Of a stretch of 64,000 nt of DNA, positions 61,969 to 64,000 are shown piece by piece (the stretch's first letter is position 1; each line of letters opens with the position of its first letter). A program made the position numbers and the translations under genes. The notes under the pieces are model-generated. The model was given only the letters and a program-made list of their open reading frames with translations, was not told where the DNA came from and made no database searches. The DNA comes from Phoronis australis (lineage: Eukaryota > Animalia > Phoronida). The stretch covers positions 275,200 through 339,199 of the forward strand of contig NMRA01000304.1 in NCBI GenBank assembly GCA_002633005.1, read 5' to 3'.

Positions 61969-63131
61969 CTAAAGGTTCCTTCGACAACTTGGACAAAACC
62001 AACCGTAACGAGGCGCAACTTGCAAGCTAACACACTCACAATGGGACATTGAAGTTGCACAGTCATTGTTAGAACAAGTTACAAGACTTTCCGCTTTCAA
62101 ATCATTTCTCACTAGTGTGTTAAACACACAAACTGTATCAACCACCCTTGGTTTCTTATCCGTGTGCTCAAAGACCACATCCTTCATGCTGGTAGGGGAA
62201 GAATAAAATTTACCCACAAGTTCTGGCAGAACACATTTCTTAAAAACAATTTTAACCTGTCAAGCACTGGACCCCAAAAATCAGAGTCTCGATTCTCTCG
62301 ACATGCATATCTTTTGTTGCCCAGACAACAAAATCACAAAACTCTATTGCAAAGAAATATTTGACACTGAACTTGATAATAGTAAGCATGGTCCTTCTTC
62401 AATCACAAACTCTCCAATTTTTTCCCAGCATTTGTTGGCTTCGTTTAGCATCGATTCACGGAAACAAAATTGACATTTGACCTCCAGACATTCATCTCCC
62501 CAGCAGTCGCAATGTACCACACCATCTGCAGATGCACCGAGAAACGGAGCGTCTGGGTTTATGACGAAACCGCAGTTCATGAAATTAAAGTTTTCATGAA
62601 ATTTCTTCATTTCGTTCACATATTCTTGCCGTGCTTGGGCTTCATGTTCAAAGCCCCATGTCGTAGCTTTTGTCGAAAACTTGGAAGTTGTCGGATAACA
62701 TATTTGTTTGAGAAGTGACCGTGCCAGTTTTTCTACAGAGGTCCGGCAAACTGCTTTGATACGTTATGCTGTGATCCGGCCACCTCTGAATCTATACAAT
62801 TCTCGACAATGTGCCTGGGACCGGCATGGCAGATTCTACTTCATCAGCCTGTTGATAATTAACAGAAATACCATTAAATACAACTGAACACTTCTAAAAG
62901 CTCTTTCTTACTTATTCCAATACAGTTCTCATTATAAAGTTCCAAAAACACTTTCGGGTACTTCTCTGCCAAAGTCTTTGGAACATAATGGTCAGAAAAT
63001 TTGGGTACTACAGACAGAATAGCGGGCTTCTTGTCAGCCTTGAACAGGTGATTGAAATTGTTATAACTACCTCCTGCTGCCGCATTAACATTAAATCCTA
63101 ATGTCTGTCCAGAATTGGTTGACACTGACAT
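61969..63131 (-). pseudogene. YqaJ-like exonuclease + C-terminal PHD finger pseudogene
   Basis: FRGGRITA, GFVINPDAPFLGASADGVVHCDC..LEVKC, HAYYYQVQCQ..FCDFVVW, then VTCSNNDC..HCECVSL..WFCPSC (PHD). Frameshifted. Confidence 0.82.
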
Positions 63132-63700
63132 GGTAGTAATTTGAAGTGTTGTTTGAAAAGCTTATGTTCCATATGGCTCTGGTGTACAGGTTCAGTATAA
63201 TAATAGGTTGTATTAGTATGTCTGCAGCTACTGCTACAGTCAAGCAGGTTCGGCCTATTGAAGATGGTGAAAGAGTAAAGTCTAGAGTGTACTTACATCA
63301 CGTCAGCACAGGACGGCCGCAAACTCCAGAAGGCCCAGACAATCTTGTCACGTGGTCTTGAAAGGTGACGGGTCACGTGATAACAGGGTGACCTCTGCTG
63401 GGCTCTTCTGGCATCAGATGTCGCACTAGGCCAAGACCAACATTGCAACGAAAAGGACATCACAACATAGAGACGCCACCGCTGAGACTGATGTCGACAT
63501 TTACTACATTCCTCCCTTCCCTAAAGAAAAGGAGTGGAGCCCTTATATAGCAAATGGCGAACGTCATTCCCAACATCTAAACATAAATCCTGGACTAAAA
63601 AAACAGTAACAAGAACTTAAACCCCATAACTAAAATGATGTGGGATGACCCTAGTAAAGTACCAATTTCTGATTATGACTAAACAAAACTATTCTCCCCC

Positions 63701-64000
63701 CTACCAAAAAAAACACAAAAACTTTAGAAACTGCCTCACATGACCGGCGAAGACGAAGTGGCAGTTTCTAAAGAACCCCGTCCACCGGAGTACATCCTCG
63801 GGCGCACCTCCAAAACAATGGAGATTCAAACTCAACTCTGCACCACAGCGGCACTTCAGGAGATCAAAGACGAAGTCTTGTCCCTCCAAGAAGCGTGGAT
63901 TGTCGGGGAAACCACGAAGGTGGATCTCCACAAAGATCCGCATAATCTCCTCCAGAGCCTCTTTTTTGATGGCCAAGTCCTCCCGGGCCTCCAGACCGAC
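63701..64000 (-). CDS. TatD-family metal-dependent DNase-like fragment (runs off the window edge; may be a pseudogene)
   Basis: VGLE..IHLRG..LHCFGGAPEDVLRW..FRNCHFVFAG resembles the TatD (E)VGLD, xHxR, HCFxG and YFGFxG motifs. GC-rich compared with flanks. Confidence 0.55.
   Translation of the reverse strand, partial: VGLEAREDLAIKKEALEEIMRIFVEIHLRGFPDNPRFLEGQDFVFDLLKCRCGAELSLNLHCFGGAPEDVLRWTGFFRNCHFVFAGHVRQFLKFLCFFW

Overview
Eukaryotic animal genomic DNA, probably a bilaterian invertebrate. It is AT-rich, intron-rich and repeat-dense, and comes from a draft assembly with N gaps. From left to right: (1) the last five coding exons and 3' UTR of a dystrophin-family gene on + (2368-9863); (2) an intronless 1498-codon acidic ORF with nested repeats on - (16085-20581) that I cannot assign to a family; (3) a complete 31-coding-exon MMS22L DNA-repair gene on + (27223-53611, about 1183 aa, all intron phases compatible), with three exons repeated at a single-N contig join; (4) a transposon graveyard at 54-64 kb, holding a Mutator-like transposase relic, a TSD-flanked internally deleted Jockey/I-group LINE with an unusual 3' region, a hAT fragment, two YqaJ-exonuclease pseudogenes (one with SWIM, one with PHD) and a TatD-like fragment at the window edge. 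Introns and intergenic DNA carry tRNA-SINEs, MITEs, Helentron/DINE-like elements with CTCF-consensus motifs, and minisatellites. All homology calls come from recognising motifs by eye; no searches were run.
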